This document shows, piece after piece, positions 38,887 to 39,119 of a stretch of DNA of 39,119 nt. The position numbers and the translations under genes are program-made. The stretch comes from Dysgonamonadaceae bacterium (GTDB lineage: Bacteria > Bacteroidota > Bacteroidia > Bacteroidales > Azobacteroidaceae): positions 1 to 39,119 of the forward strand of contig JAITTA010000284.1 in NCBI GenBank assembly GCA_031287395.1, read 5' to 3'. The notes beneath the pieces are model-generated. The model searched no databases and was not told where the DNA came from. It saw nothing but the letters and a program-made list of their open reading frames with translations. The number at the start of each line of letters is the position of its first letter. Position 1 is the stretch's first letter.

Positions 38887-38927
38887 TTCCTTATTCTAAT
38901 GATTCGTTCTAACGATTCATCGGCACA

Positions 38928-39119
38928 TTATTTCCTGATAACCTTGAACGTTTTGCCGTTGTATTGCAGCAGGTACGTGCCTTTGGCATAGCCCGTCAGA
39001 TCGATCGTTGTCGTGCCTTCCCCGGTTTTGTAAGTTCCCTTCAGCGAACCGGTCACATCCGTGATGCGGACTGTTTGGTTCGCCTGGGTATTACTCACCC
39101 GGATGATTCCCGATGTCGG
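38928..39119 (-). CDS. Partial gene: T9SS type A C-terminal sorting domain (not in the ORF track)
   Basis: Manual translation gives PTSGIIRVSN...VRITDVTG...TIDLTGYAKGTYLLQYNGKTFKVIRK*. Confidence 0.85.
   Translation of the reverse strand, partial: PTSGIIRVSNTQANQTVRITDVTGSLKGTYKTGEGTTTIDLTGYAKGTYLLQYNGKTFKVIRK

Noticed and set aside
1-39119. CRISPR array, tRNA, rRNA, transposase, integrase or recognisable defence operon
   Set aside because: None seen by eye. Small RNAs could be missed without a covariance-model search.

Overview
Bacteroidetes (probably Bacteroidales) chromosomal window, inferred from a SusC/SusD pair, a T9SS C-terminal domain and TAnnTTTG promoters. From left to right: (1) 1-5.8 kb is a rearranged patch with an orphan GH76 lipoprotein, a fragmented M4 (thermolysin-like) peptidase interrupted by a small lipoprotein gene, and a rhuM segment bracketed by an exact 85-bp direct repeat with an integrative-element-like right end but no integrase. 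(2) 5.8-16.8 kb is a PUL with a beta-1,2-glucan-type gene set (SusC, SusD, LamG lipoprotein, two GH144, GH3). (3) 17.2-25.5 kb is a mosaic CAZyme block: an AT-rich esterase-DUF4861 fusion, an NPCBM-GH27, a GC-rich 1215-aa clan GH-A-like protein and a GH92 stub. (4) 25.6-30.2 kb is a surface-glycan cluster (GT10, GT2, FkbM, degenerate GT6, nucleotide-sugar dehydrogenase) directly downstream of mutS. (5) The rest is core genes (mutS, OMP, DUF2007, lon, EF-G2) and the end of a T9SS cargo gene. I saw no rRNA, tRNA, CRISPR array or transposase. All family calls come from motif recognition by eye, not from database searches.
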